Shown piece by piece: positions 1 through 9,792 of a stretch of 64,000 nt of DNA; the stretch's first letter is position 1; every line of letters starts with the position of its first letter. Location: assembly GCA_036625595.1 (NCBI GenBank), contig JAZKTK010000002.1, forward strand, positions 3,552 through 67,551, given 5' to 3'. The position numbers and the translations under genes are program-made. The stretch is from Haloarculaceae archaeon (GTDB taxonomy: Archaea > Halobacteriota > Halobacteria > Halobacteriales > Haloarculaceae). The notes beneath the pieces are model-generated. The model was not told the origin of the DNA. It searched no databases and saw only the letters and a program-made list of their open reading frames with translations.

Positions 1-812
1 ATTCAGTGGAGGTCGACGCTGGAAAATCGACCACGCTAACGCTTACCCATGTGTTCGAGGAAACCGGAGATTATGACTTGACAGTGGCCGGTGAAGAACG
101 GCAGATAACGGTTTATGACACTTTGCTGCAGTACCTCGACTCGGAGGATACCGACCGCGGTGGTCTCGTCACAGAGGAAGAGACGGAAATTGATGCTGTG
201 ATGAATTACCAGGGGCAGCAGATCGATTTCAGCTCCGAGTCCACCGCAACGGTTCGCACGAATTACACGGCCGAAACGCAGTACACGGAGGCAGAATCGA
301 CGATCACGGTCGCAGAAGAGACCTGGGACGAGACCACCGAGGAATGGATCGTCGGTGGGACGCTGTACAAAAAAACCGTCGACCACAGTACGGGTGAAAC
401 AACGTACGTCAAGGAGCAATCCGACGAATTCGAAGACGATAGCAACCCACCCACAGAGGCGCAGGCAGAGTACGTTCGCACGGATCACACTGACGATGAA
501 TACGTCGTGATCGTCGAAGCCAACAATCCCGAGGACGCAGCGACCTTGGCCGCGTTGCTCAACGACGATTCCGAGGAAGATCTGCCACCTGAGTCGCTCG
601 AGAGTATCTATATGGAGTTCCACGTCGACCGACAGCTTGTTCGACCGAACTCGGTGAGTATGGACATCTCGGCCACTGACCTCCAGATGGACGACTCCGG
701 CGGAGGTTTCGAGACGTTCGACATGACGATGACTCAGGAGATGGTCGAGTACGACGCGACTGTCGACGTCGAGGTTCCCGACGAAGTGAAAGACTACGCC
801 GAATACGAATAG
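1..812 (+). CDS. C-terminal part of a very acidic hypothetical protein (5' end outside the window)
   Basis: The frame is open from the window edge to TAG at 810-812. The product is Asp/Glu/Thr-rich, as in halophilic secreted proteins. The opposite-strand ORFs are Arg/Cys-rich shadow frames. No catalytic motif recognised. Confidence 0.55.
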   Translation, partial: SVEVDAGKSTTLTLTHVFEETGDYDLTVAGEERQITVYDTLLQYLDSEDTDRGGLVTEEETEIDAVMNYQGQQIDFSSESTATVRTNYTAETQYTEAESTITVAEETWDETTEEWIVGGTLYKKTVDHSTGETTYVKEQSDEFEDDSNPPTEAQAEYVRTDHTDDEYVVIVEANNPEDAATLAALLNDDSEEDLPPESLESIYMEFHVDRQLVRPNSVSMDISATDLQMDDSGGGFETFDMTMTQEMVEYDATVDVEVPDEVKDYAEYE

Positions 813-1037
813 GTACTACACGAATGGTTATCATCCCACTTGAGAAAATTTTCCAACTCCGATCAAAGAAGAGGGATCTACTATGAGATAGATGAATACG
901 CGCGGAGCAGTCTAGTTGAGACACTCGACATCGGTTGATATAGAGCACTCGTATGCCGAGATGACTCCGATGTCTATGAAATGAGTCAGAAATTCAATAC
1001 ATGAGTCAAAGGATGCGGCCGGTGGGGGTGACCACGT

Positions 1038-2951
1038 TCACTCGGATTCGTCCTCAGAGAGTCGGCGGTTTAGCAGGTAGGCCGCGCCGCCGATGCCCGT
1101 GAGTGCGCCACCAATCCCGAAGCCAGGACCATCAGCATCAACTGAGTCCTCGTCGTCATTGGACTTGCCTTCCGCTTCACCGTCTTCCACGTGGCGATAC
1201 TCGAGTTTGACACTATCGTAGACGTGGAATTCGTCGTCCCCGGTTCGCGTCACGAGTTCGAGTTCTTCCGTTTCACCGTCTTCGACGCGGGGGAGGTGGT
1301 CGAGAGAGATCTGATCGCCCTGAATGCTGAAACTGTCCATATCCGCGGGAAGCGTCTGATTTTTATACCTGATGCTCGGCTCGAGTTCAGTATCCGATAG
1401 ACCTGCTACTTCCAATTCGATCGGGGTTTCCCCGCGAAGGTCGTGCTCGATCACGACGACGCCATCGGCGGACTGACCGTTGACCGATACGATTTCGAGA
1501 TCGACGGTTTCCGGATCGGTCGGCTCTCCGAGATTGACCTCAGCGACGTGGACCGCGGTTTCGGCGAGGACCGTTCGGTCTCCTCCACTGTCCCATACGA
1601 CTGCGAGTGTTTGATCGCCCTCACTCACGTCGCTGTCACTCCGGATTCGCAATGGCTCACCGGAGGATTCGAGGACCCCGATCACCTCACCGTCGATTTC
1701 AACGAAGAACCCACGGTCTGGAACCTCAGCCCCATCGAGTTCGATCTCCAATGACGACCCACGTTCCAGACGAAGTTCGTTTCGCTGATCGGGAGATTCG
1801 CCGTTCACTGAATCAATCGAAACCGCTTCCGGGTCGAACTCCGGCCGCTTTTGTCGATCGTCGTCACGATCGAGTTGGACCTCGGTGACGGTCACAGTCG
1901 TTTCGGCCACCACAACACGTCCGCCGGTGTCGAGTCGTTTCCGGATGATCAACTGGTGCTCCCCGGGTTCGACATCGGCGTCAGACCGTGGTCTGAACGA
2001 ATCCTCCCCCTCGTCCATGAATCCGATGGTTTCTCCATCAAGGCTCGCTATCAGGACGTGGTTCGTGGCATCCAGACCGTCCAACGAAATCGAGACTGTT
2101 TCGTTGTACCGGAGCGAAAGCGAGAGGTCCGACGCGTCCTGGCCATTGATGGTATCGAGGGACACGGCTGCCGGATCGAAATCCAGGTCAAACTTATCGT
2201 CCTGAGTGAGATCCACTCGGGTCACATCGACCTGTGTTTCGGCAATATCGATTCGCTCGGTTCTATCCAGGTAGAGGGATAACGTCTGTTGCCCCTCGGA
2301 AATATCCCGATTCTGTAATGGCCGGAAACTGTTCTCTCCCTCGGAAATGTACCCGATAAATGTTCCATCGAGTTCGACCCAGGCAACGTTTTCATACGTG
2401 TCCATACCGTCGAGTTCCAGTTCGATCTCCTCGTTCCACACGACCTCGATGTCGTTCACCTGGTCCGCATCCTGGCCATTCACCGATGCAACCTCCACGT
2501 TTTCAGGGTCGTAATCAAGCTTATCGACATCACCGCTAAGTTCGTCCCGGTCGAGGACGACTTCCGTCACGTCCACCTCCGTTTGGGCTATCACCGTTCT
2601 CTCTCCCCGATCCTCGTAGACGACCTGAAGCGTTTGTTGCCCAGTCGTGACGTCCGATCCGCTCCGCGGCCGTGTCTCATCAGTCGGTTCATCTATATAA
2701 GACAGGAGTTCCCCACCAATCTCGACCCTTACCGGTCGGTCAAATTCCTCGACACCGCTCAATTCAATGCGAATATCCTCGTTTAGATGGATTGGAACGT
2801 CATTCACCTGATCGGGATCCTCACCGTTGATGGAGACGATTTCCACGTCATCGGGGTTGAACGGCGGGTCATCGGCGACCACAATCCCAGGGATGGTCGC
2901 CGTCGCTATCACCATTATCAGAGCCATGAGAAATACTGGTTTCCCCTTCAT
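1038..2951 (-). CDS. Secreted repeat-domain surface protein with a PGF-CTERM archaeosortase sorting signal
   Basis: The N-terminal signal/TM segment is MKGKPVFLMALIMVIATATIPG. Four clear ~110-115 aa repeats plus one divergent copy follow (V.S.NG..D.....LELDG....FRPRSD.DV..G.QTL...AET.V.VTEV). The C-terminus reads GPGFGIGGALTGIGGAAYLLNRR, i.e. PGF motif + TM + basic tail. Confidence 0.85.
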   Translation of the reverse strand: MKGKPVFLMALIMVIATATIPGIVVADDPPFNPDDVEIVSINGEDPDQVNDVPIHLNEDIRIELSGVEEFDRPVRVEIGGELLSYIDEPTDETRPRSGSDVTTGQQTLQVVYEDRGERTVIAQTEVDVTEVVLDRDELSGDVDKLDYDPENVEVASVNGQDADQVNDIEVVWNEEIELELDGMDTYENVAWVELDGTFIGYISEGENSFRPLQNRDISEGQQTLSLYLDRTERIDIAETQVDVTRVDLTQDDKFDLDFDPAAVSLDTINGQDASDLSLSLRYNETVSISLDGLDATNHVLIASLDGETIGFMDEGEDSFRPRSDADVEPGEHQLIIRKRLDTGGRVVVAETTVTVTEVQLDRDDDRQKRPEFDPEAVSIDSVNGESPDQRNELRLERGSSLEIELDGAEVPDRGFFVEIDGEVIGVLESSGEPLRIRSDSDVSEGDQTLAVVWDSGGDRTVLAETAVHVAEVNLGEPTDPETVDLEIVSVNGQSADGVVVIEHDLRGETPIELEVAGLSDTELEPSIRYKNQTLPADMDSFSIQGDQISLDHLPRVEDGETEELELVTRTGDDEFHVYDSVKLEYRHVEDGEAEGKSNDDEDSVDADGPGFGIGGALTGIGGAAYLLNRRLSEDESE

Positions 2952-3858
2952 CTTTTAAATGTATTTATCACTAACATAGCCGTCGCGAGTTCAGCGACGG
3001 CTATTTCAGAATTAGCTGTGATGGTATCGCTTCGAGCAAGGTCTTCGAATAGCATTGGGACTTACTTACGAAAAACTACGGATAGATTTGTTTAAAAGAT
3101 TATCTGCGTTCCTGCTCGATGAGAATCTACCATTCTATTGTCGTGCACAATATGCATGTTACATTTTACATGACTTGCAGAAAACATATGAGAGTTGTTA
3201 GGATTCTAACAGTCACTCCGCACGCTTAGTAAGCGGACGGTTCAGCGTGAGGAAGGTGAACAAAACGAGGCGTAGTGCTGAATTCAAGCTCTGTATCTTG
3301 CACGGTAATTCTAACAGCTTCTTGGGAGGTGCGTTCGACGTGTACAAGAGAGACAGCGCCGAGGTAGGACGGAGGGTTCTCCTTGTCGGGACAGCCCGGA
3401 CGGTGGACGCAGAGAGACAAGATACCGCGGCGGTATTCGGTCTACTCCCACTCTTTCACGAGCGGTTTGCTGGAGTCATTACTCGTTTTCAATCTCCTCG
3501 GCATCATCCAGTTTCCCATGCTGGATCAAGATGGTGGGCCTGTCGGGCATTGTCTGAACTTTCCCTCAGGTGCGGCTATAGTAACAACTGAAACGATTTA
3601 CACACCGACCGCACCGCCCTCGTGCGGTCGTGTGTGCAATGGCTTTCAGTGGCTACTATAGATTGGTTTCAAAAGTGAGTATGCGCTGATAATAAAGGCA
3701 GTGAAGATTCAGAATGGGTTCTGTCTACCGTGCTGACTACAGGGTCGTATCGGAAATTGAGGTAGACGAGCCACAACTCGAACGGTGAAATTATCGGGGC
3801 GTGGTCACGACAGGCGAAGCCGTCTTGATCGTAAAATAGTGGAGTGAGAGGACCCTGT

Positions 3859-4128
3859 TCAGAGAGAGACGGAGCTACGGTTCCAGCCGGGATCGTGACC
3901 AGTCCTGTCGATAAGGTCAGACCGACACGCTGGGCAGTAATCGGGAATTTCAGATTCGCTTCGGGGGACGTACACCGCGTCGCCGCACTCTACGCACGCA
4001 TCTGCAACGACAGTCGCACAATCCGCGCAGACGTTGAAGTCGTCAACTGTGAGCTCACGCAGGGGTTCGAGTTGTTTATCAAGGAGATACTCGTCGATGG
4101 CCGCCTGACAGTTTTGACACGGTTTCAT
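3859..4128 (-). CDS. Small zinc-ribbon protein (four CxxC knuckles)
   Basis: The product MKPCQNCQ...CADC...CVEC...CPAC has paired CxxC motifs. I prefer the ATG at 4128 to the upstream ATG at 4161. It lies 67 nt downstream of the DICT gene on the same strand. Confidence 0.6.
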   Translation of the reverse strand: MKPCQNCQAAIDEYLLDKQLEPLRELTVDDFNVCADCATVVADACVECGDAVYVPRSESEIPDYCPACRSDLIDRTGHDPGWNRSSVSL

Positions 4129-4195
4129 AGCGATGCGAGTACCACCATGAGACCGGGACACAAATGCTTACCCCCGAGAGGTGGGACACAGACAG

Positions 4196-4945
4196 TTACG
4201 TCGGGCTGTAAGTGCGTTCGAGATAGTCCAGCACGTCGTCGACCACAGCAGGCCTGAACGTCCAGAAGCCGTCGTACTCGTTCGGACCCGTTTCGAGACA
4301 GACCAACGCAGCCTTCCGTTCGTCTGCGCCGTTTCCATCATGGACGACGAACCACGCTCGTGCCAGTTCGTCCTCGCCAGGGTGGACGTACACCCCCTGT
4401 GGTGCGTGGTTCCAGTCTGGAACGCCGTAAACGTGTACGTCGACATCGGTGTCTGACAGTTGTTTGTACGCTTTGTCCGTGCCGCGTTCGTCGTGGATAC
4501 GGGAGAGATACTGGAATCCGGAGTGAAGGACGCCGGACCCGGTTTCGAGTGCCATCCGCTCGACGTGGCGTGAGATGTGGATGAGCAGAAATTTGCTCTT
4601 TCCAGCGACGTTGAATATAGTGTCGTCGAGGTTTGCGACCACGTTGGCTGTCTCGACGCTGTCCAGCGAGCGCGTCCCGGTGATATACATATCCGAGTTG
4701 ACCAGCAGCAACTGATCGCGGATGTCGTCCAGACTGGACGTGGCGATTGCGACACCGTCTTCGTCCTGTAGCTGGACGATGTTCGCAGGGCCAGCAGGTT
4801 CCGTTCCCGACTCCGTTACGGTGACGTGCTCCGACTCGAACATCGACTCGAGGAGGTTCATCATCGGGTCGTGCGTCTTCCTGTTGAGAACCGTCAGCGT
4901 GCGCTCACGTGAGTCGATATCTGCAATGATGTCCGCAATGGCCAT
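4196..4945 (-). CDS. DICT-type sensory domain protein (assignment from memory of haloarchaeal homologs)
   Basis: 249-aa acidic cytosolic ORF with halophilic codon bias. The overall pattern (…LLIHISRHVERMA…GFQ.LSR…VHVYG) matches what I recall of DICT domain proteins. There is no kinase or output domain. Confidence 0.65.
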   Translation of the reverse strand: MAIADIIADIDSRERTLTVLNRKTHDPMMNLLESMFESEHVTVTESGTEPAGPANIVQLQDEDGVAIATSSLDDIRDQLLLVNSDMYITGTRSLDSVETANVVANLDDTIFNVAGKSKFLLIHISRHVERMALETGSGVLHSGFQYLSRIHDERGTDKAYKQLSDTDVDVHVYGVPDWNHAPQGVYVHPGEDELARAWFVVHDGNGADERKAALVCLETGPNEYDGFWTFRPAVVDDVLDYLERTYSPT

Positions 4946-5055
4946 TCAGTGAGGATACACTGTCTGGAACGTAAAAAAAGGCATCGCGTAATTATCGGCT
5001 TCGAAAGCGCCAAGCGAAACGAAGAACAGTCACCGCGGGAGTACCACGGAACAGT

Positions 5056-5841
5056 ATGCCGAGGGTGACACACAACGGGGTCGAGCTCCACTACCACACC
5101 GAGGGGGACGGCGAGACGGTCGCGTTCGTCTCGGACGTGGGCTACGGGGCGTGGCTATGGGGCTGGCAACACCGAGCTGTCGCCGGCCCACGTGAATCGC
5201 TGGTCTGGGACCTCCGAGGGACCGGTCGGTCAGACGCCCCGCCAGGCCCATACACCGTGGACACGCTCGCAGCAGACTTCGAGGCAGTGTTGCGAGACGC
5301 CGGCATCGACCGGGCACACGTCGTCGGCGCAGGACTGGGCGGGATGGTCGCGCTCCGGTACGCCAGAGAGTTCGACCGTGCACGGACGCTGACGCTCCTG
5401 TGTACGACTGCGAACGGCGGGGATATTGATGCCACCGAACTGGCCGCACTCCATCCCGAGGAGCGCAACGAGGAAGCGCTCCGGGAATCACTGACCGGTG
5501 CGTTCTCGTCGGGGCTTCTCGACGCTCGTCCGGACCTCGTCGACCAAATCGTCGAGTGGCGACGCGACGAGGACGCACCGGCCGACGCAGTTTCGGCACA
5601 GATTGGAGCAGCAACGTCGTTCGAGGCCGGGCCGCTGTACGAACTGTCGTTACCGACGCTGGTCTGCTGGGGACGTGAGGACCCCGCGGTTCCTCCCGCT
5701 GCAGCGAAGCGACTGGCCGAGGAGTTACCACGAGGGACCGGCGAGCCAGTCGAGGGGAAACACCTCTGTTTCGTCGAACACTCGCGAGCAGTCACCGAGC
5801 GGCTACTCGCTCACATCGACGGACAGGGCGAGCGGAGCTGA
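5056..5841 (+). CDS. Alpha/beta-fold hydrolase
   Basis: The oxyanion region is VAFVSDVGYG. The nucleophile-elbow-like motif is GAGLGGMVAL. The region LRGTGRSD follows beta-strand 4, and length and topology are typical of the fold. Confidence 0.8.
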   Translation: MPRVTHNGVELHYHTEGDGETVAFVSDVGYGAWLWGWQHRAVAGPRESLVWDLRGTGRSDAPPGPYTVDTLAADFEAVLRDAGIDRAHVVGAGLGGMVALRYAREFDRARTLTLLCTTANGGDIDATELAALHPEERNEEALRESLTGAFSSGLLDARPDLVDQIVEWRRDEDAPADAVSAQIGAATSFEAGPLYELSLPTLVCWGREDPAVPPAAAKRLAEELPRGTGEPVEGKHLCFVEHSRAVTERLLAHIDGQGERS

Positions 5842-6024
5842 CAGCCAAATCCAAATCTGAAATATTTTTATCGGGGCGTCTGTACCGGGCCGTGTCAGAC
5901 TCACACTCGGGATATGGTGGGCGGGAGTGAGACAGGAGCGACGCTCCTGTCTGATGGTATCGGGCGGCCCAGGTGGGCCGGTCGCCGACGCGTCACGCCC
6001 CGAGTGCGACGGAGACATACAACC

Positions 6025-7677
6025 ATGACAGTACACAATCACGGCGAGCGACCGTACGGCTGGGTCGGTGCACTGAGCGAACGGCGCGCACAGCTCTCTC
6101 CTGACCGCATCGGTCTCGTTGACGCCGACACCGGCGACGAGTACACCTACGCGGAACTCGACGAACGGGCGAATCGGACGGCACGACTGCTGCGCGAGCA
6201 CGGTGTCGAGAAGGGGGACCGTATCGCCGTCGTCTCGCGAAATCGGCCGGAGCTGGTCGACCTCTACTTCGCGACGGCCAAGGTCGGCGCGATTCTCGCG
6301 CCGCTCTCCTACCGGCTGGCACCCCGCGAGATTACGGAGATGCTCAACGACGTCGAGCCGGCGATGCTGTTCGTCGAGAAACCGTTCGAGGCCGACGTCG
6401 ACACCGCGCTCCGTCGGTTCGACCGGGAGTTCGCCGTCCCGCCGGTCATCGGTCTGCCCTCCGAAGAGCAGGGCGACTTCCGTGAACACAGCGCACCGGA
6501 GGGTCGCGAGTGGGAACGGCTGCCCGACGTGCTCCCCAACGAGGGGTCGTCCGTCGAGCGGGCGGACCTGGCGCTGTCGGACCCACATCTGTTCTTGCAC
6601 ACCGGCGGGTCGACGGGTCTCCCGAAGGAGGTCGTCCAGACCCACGGCGGCATCATGTGGAACGCGTTCAACACCATCATCTCGTGGGGGCTGCAGCCAC
6701 ACGACGTGACCCCGATGGTGTTCCCGATGTTCCACACCGGCGGGTGGAACGTCCTCACTATCCCCTTCTTTCACATGGGCGGAACGGTCCTCATCTCGCG
6801 GGACTTCGACCCACGCCAGGTGCTCGACCTCATCGAAAAGTACCAGTGTTCGGTACTGGTCGCCGTGCCTGCCGTCCTGCGCTTTATGGTCGAGGACGAG
6901 CAGTGGGAGAACACCGACCTCTCCAGTCTACGCTTTGCCAAAAGCGGCGGTGGTCCGTGCCGCGACTCCATCATCGAAGCGTGGAGCAATCGCGGCATCG
7001 ACCTCTCGCAGGGGTACGGCCTGACCGAGTGCGGCCCGAACAACTTCGCGATGCCCGACGACTTCGAGCGCGAGAAGACCGCGTCCATCGGAATGCCATC
7101 GCTGTACGTCGACGCTCGCATCGTCGATGAAGACGGCGAGGAACTCCCACCGGGTGAGGTCGGGGAACTCGAACTCGCCTCCCCACATTCGGGGGACCGC
7201 TACTGGAACAACGAGGAAGAAACAGAGGAAGTGTTTGGGGGCGGTTCCGCGAGCGAGGCGAGCGGAACGTCGGAAGCGGGGACCGCTTCCGGAAGCTGGG
7301 TGTCCACGGGCGACCTCGCTCGCGTCGACGACGACGGCTACTACCACATCGAGGGACGCAAGAAGAATCTCTTCGTCTCCGGTGGCGAGAACGTCTTCCC
7401 ACCGGAAGTCGAGGACGTCATCGCCGGCCACCCGAAAGTCGAGGACGTCATCGTCGTGCCAGTCCCCGACGAGAAGTGGGGCGAGGTCGGGAAGGCAGTC
7501 GTCGAGGGCGATGAAAGCCTGACGCTGGAAGAACTACAGGAGTATCTCGACGACCGGATTGCGGCGTTCAAGGTTCCGAAACACCTCGCGTTCGTCGACG
7601 AGATGCCGATGAGCGGGCCGTCGAAAATCGACCGGCAGGCACTCGAAGCGGAATACGGCGGCGATGCTCACAAGTAA
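6025..7677 (+). CDS. AMP-dependent acyl-CoA synthetase/ligase (fatty-acid-CoA ligase family)
   Basis: The AMP-binding motifs are LHTGGSTGLPKEV, GYGLTE, TGDLARVDDDGYYHIEGRKK and PSKIDR. I chose the ATG at 6025. The 37 codons upstream in the track ORF are Arg-rich and look non-coding. Confidence 0.85.
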   Translation: MTVHNHGERPYGWVGALSERRAQLSPDRIGLVDADTGDEYTYAELDERANRTARLLREHGVEKGDRIAVVSRNRPELVDLYFATAKVGAILAPLSYRLAPREITEMLNDVEPAMLFVEKPFEADVDTALRRFDREFAVPPVIGLPSEEQGDFREHSAPEGREWERLPDVLPNEGSSVERADLALSDPHLFLHTGGSTGLPKEVVQTHGGIMWNAFNTIISWGLQPHDVTPMVFPMFHTGGWNVLTIPFFHMGGTVLISRDFDPRQVLDLIEKYQCSVLVAVPAVLRFMVEDEQWENTDLSSLRFAKSGGGPCRDSIIEAWSNRGIDLSQGYGLTECGPNNFAMPDDFEREKTASIGMPSLYVDARIVDEDGEELPPGEVGELELASPHSGDRYWNNEEETEEVFGGGSASEASGTSEAGTASGSWVSTGDLARVDDDGYYHIEGRKKNLFVSGGENVFPPEVEDVIAGHPKVEDVIVVPVPDEKWGEVGKAVVEGDESLTLEELQEYLDDRIAAFKVPKHLAFVDEMPMSGPSKIDRQALEAEYGGDAHK

Positions 7678-7825
7678 TTAGCAGGCCAGCACCCAATATT
7701 CCAGTCGTTATATTTCCATTGCAATATTCGTACATCGGTTCGACTAATTTAAATACGGTTTCCATGCGTGAAGATATTCGGGAGGATAGGAAACTTAATT
7801 CGGCTACAAGAGAGAGTGGTTGGTA

Positions 7826-8851
7826 ATGACCAGCGTAGGTCTCACCGGCTATGGTCGGTATACGCCGGAAGAGGTGGTGACTGGGGAAGAGATTGCCAAC
7901 CGGAGTGGGATTCCGGAAGAAGTCGTCGTCGAGAAGATGGGGATGCGCGAAAAGCGCGTCTGTCCACCGGACGACGACCACGTAACAGATATGTCCATCG
8001 CGGCGGGCGAAGATGCCCTCGAGGATGCCGGCGTCGACGCCGACGAGTTGGACCTCGTGCTCTATCACGGCAGCGAGTACAAGGACTACGTCGTCTGGTC
8101 GGCTGCCGCGAACATCGCCGAGCGCATCGGTGCCGAGAACGCGTACGCGACCGAGAGTTACACGCTGTGTGCCGGCTGTCCCATCGCGATGCGGACGGTC
8201 CGCGCACAGTTGGTCGCCGACAGCGTCGACACAGCGCTGCTGGTGACGGCCTCCCGCGAGGAGGACCTGCTGGACTACGAGAACGAGAACTCCTCGTTCA
8301 TGTTCAACTTCGGCAGCGGCGCAGCGGCGTACGTAATGGAACGTGACCCAGCAGAAGAGCGCACACGCGCCTGGGTCCACGGGAGCGGTGCCATCACTGA
8401 CGGGTCCTTCTCAGAAGATGTCGTCATGCCCGCCGGTGGGTCGAAGAACCCACCGACACGGGAGACCGTCGAGCAGAACCGCCACACGCTCGACGTGCCC
8501 GACCCCGAGGGAATGAAAGAGCGCATCGCGCCCGTCTCGCTACCGAACTACCTCTCAGTGGCCGAGGAAGCACTGGACAAATCGGACTACGAACAGGACG
8601 ACGTAGATTTCGTCGCCGTCACGCACATGAAGCGGTCGTTCCACCAGACGTTGCTGGAGGAACTGGGTGTCGACCCCCAATCGGACGGCTACTACCTCGA
8701 CGAGTACGGTCACATGCAGAGTGTCGACCAGATTTTCGCGCTTGACGAGGGACTGGAGCGTGGGCGCGTCGAGGACGGTGACGTAGTGCTCTTTCTCGCG
8801 GCCGGGACCGGATACACCTGGTCTGCGACGGTGCTCGAGTGGCTCGGCTGA
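7826..8851 (+). CDS. Beta-ketoacyl synthase III (FabH)-like condensing enzyme
   Basis: The thiolase-fold pattern shows an active-site Cys in ESYTLCAGCP, a His in VAVTHMK, and GHMQS where FabH has GNTS. I prefer the ATG at 7826 to the TTG at 7820. Confidence 0.75.
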   Translation: MTSVGLTGYGRYTPEEVVTGEEIANRSGIPEEVVVEKMGMREKRVCPPDDDHVTDMSIAAGEDALEDAGVDADELDLVLYHGSEYKDYVVWSAAANIAERIGAENAYATESYTLCAGCPIAMRTVRAQLVADSVDTALLVTASREEDLLDYENENSSFMFNFGSGAAAYVMERDPAEERTRAWVHGSGAITDGSFSEDVVMPAGGSKNPPTRETVEQNRHTLDVPDPEGMKERIAPVSLPNYLSVAEEALDKSDYEQDDVDFVAVTHMKRSFHQTLLEELGVDPQSDGYYLDEYGHMQSVDQIFALDEGLERGRVEDGDVVLFLAAGTGYTWSATVLEWLG

Positions 8852-8931
8852 GCGTCACCGGCGTCCCAGACTGAGGCAACGCTAGCCGCCGATACGCATG
8901 CTTTTAGGGCCGGAACCGCTACCAACGGTCG

Positions 8932-9648
8932 ATGAGCCGACTACGCATCGCCCTGTTGAACGCGGCCCACGACGGCGCGGACACCCGCCGGAACTTCCGG
9001 CGCGAACTGGACGCAGACCTCGTGGAGTTTCACTGTCCTGAAGGTGAACTCCCCGAGACGTTCCAGTTCGACGCCTGTGTCCTCACGGGGTCGCGAGCCT
9101 CCGTCTACTGGGACAAGCCCTGGATTGGGGAGCTAAAGTCCTACGTGGGCGATGCCATCGACACCGGAATGCCGATGCTCGGCGTCTGTTACGGTCACCA
9201 GCTACTCGCGGACGTACTCGGCGGCAGCGTCGAGGACATGGGCGAGTACGAAATCGGCTATCGAACCGTCGAACACGACGGCGAGAACACGCTGCTCGCA
9301 GGCGTCGACGACCAGTTCACCGTCTTTACGACCCACTCCGACCGGGTGGCCGAGGCCCCGCCCGGAGCCGAGGTGTTCGCCCGCAACGAGTACGGCATCC
9401 ACGGCTTCCAGAAGGGCAACGTCTTCGCGGTGCAGTTCCACCCCGAGTACGACACGGCGACGGCCGAGGACGTGGCCTCCGGCAAGGACCTCCCCGAGGA
9501 GCGCATCCAGCAGGTTCTGGAGGGCATCAACGCAGCGAACTACGCTGCGGCCTGTGAAGCCAAGACGCTCTTCGACAACTTCACCCAGTTCGTTCGCGAG
9601 CGCGCACACGGCGGTCAGACCGGTACGGCGAGCGCTGCCGACGACTAA
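8932..9648 (+). CDS. Class I glutamine amidotransferase (GATase1) domain protein
   Basis: The nucleophile elbow is LGVCYGHQLL and the His-Glu pair sits in FHPEYD. The length (~240 aa) is typical. Confidence 0.8.
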   Translation: MSRLRIALLNAAHDGADTRRNFRRELDADLVEFHCPEGELPETFQFDACVLTGSRASVYWDKPWIGELKSYVGDAIDTGMPMLGVCYGHQLLADVLGGSVEDMGEYEIGYRTVEHDGENTLLAGVDDQFTVFTTHSDRVAEAPPGAEVFARNEYGIHGFQKGNVFAVQFHPEYDTATAEDVASGKDLPEERIQQVLEGINAANYAAACEAKTLFDNFTQFVRERAHGGQTGTASAADD

Positions 9649-9792
9649 CCAACAGGACTCGATATCGTCGACAGCGAGCGATCGAACACGCGACGACGAG
9701 GAGTCTATCTGCGGCCTCTGGGAGTGGCGAAAGGAGCCCCCAGTTGTCGGTCACGTCCCTGACGAGGCGAACAGATGCTCAGTAATTGCCCG

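Noticed and set aside
1038-2951. The repeat protein gene as a DNA-level tandem repeat (VNTR or recent expansion).
   Set aside because: The ~345-nt units are strongly diverged at nucleotide level and only the protein pattern is conserved. It is an ancient domain repeat, not a hypervariable locus.
3226-3661. The track ORFs in the AT-rich gap (3247-3591 +, 3383-3661 +, 3226-3420 -) as real genes.
   Set aside because: Their composition is basic and Cys-rich, atypical for this proteome, and I saw no motifs. They overlap one another in different frames. At most they are debris of a decayed gene (see the finding for 2952-3858).
5914-6024. N-terminal extension of the acyl-CoA ligase ORF (start at 5914).
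   Set aside because: The extra 37 codons encode an Arg/Gly-rich, non-halophilic peptide (…GRPRWAGRRRVTPRVRRRH…). The ATG at 6025 gives a normal ligase N-terminus.
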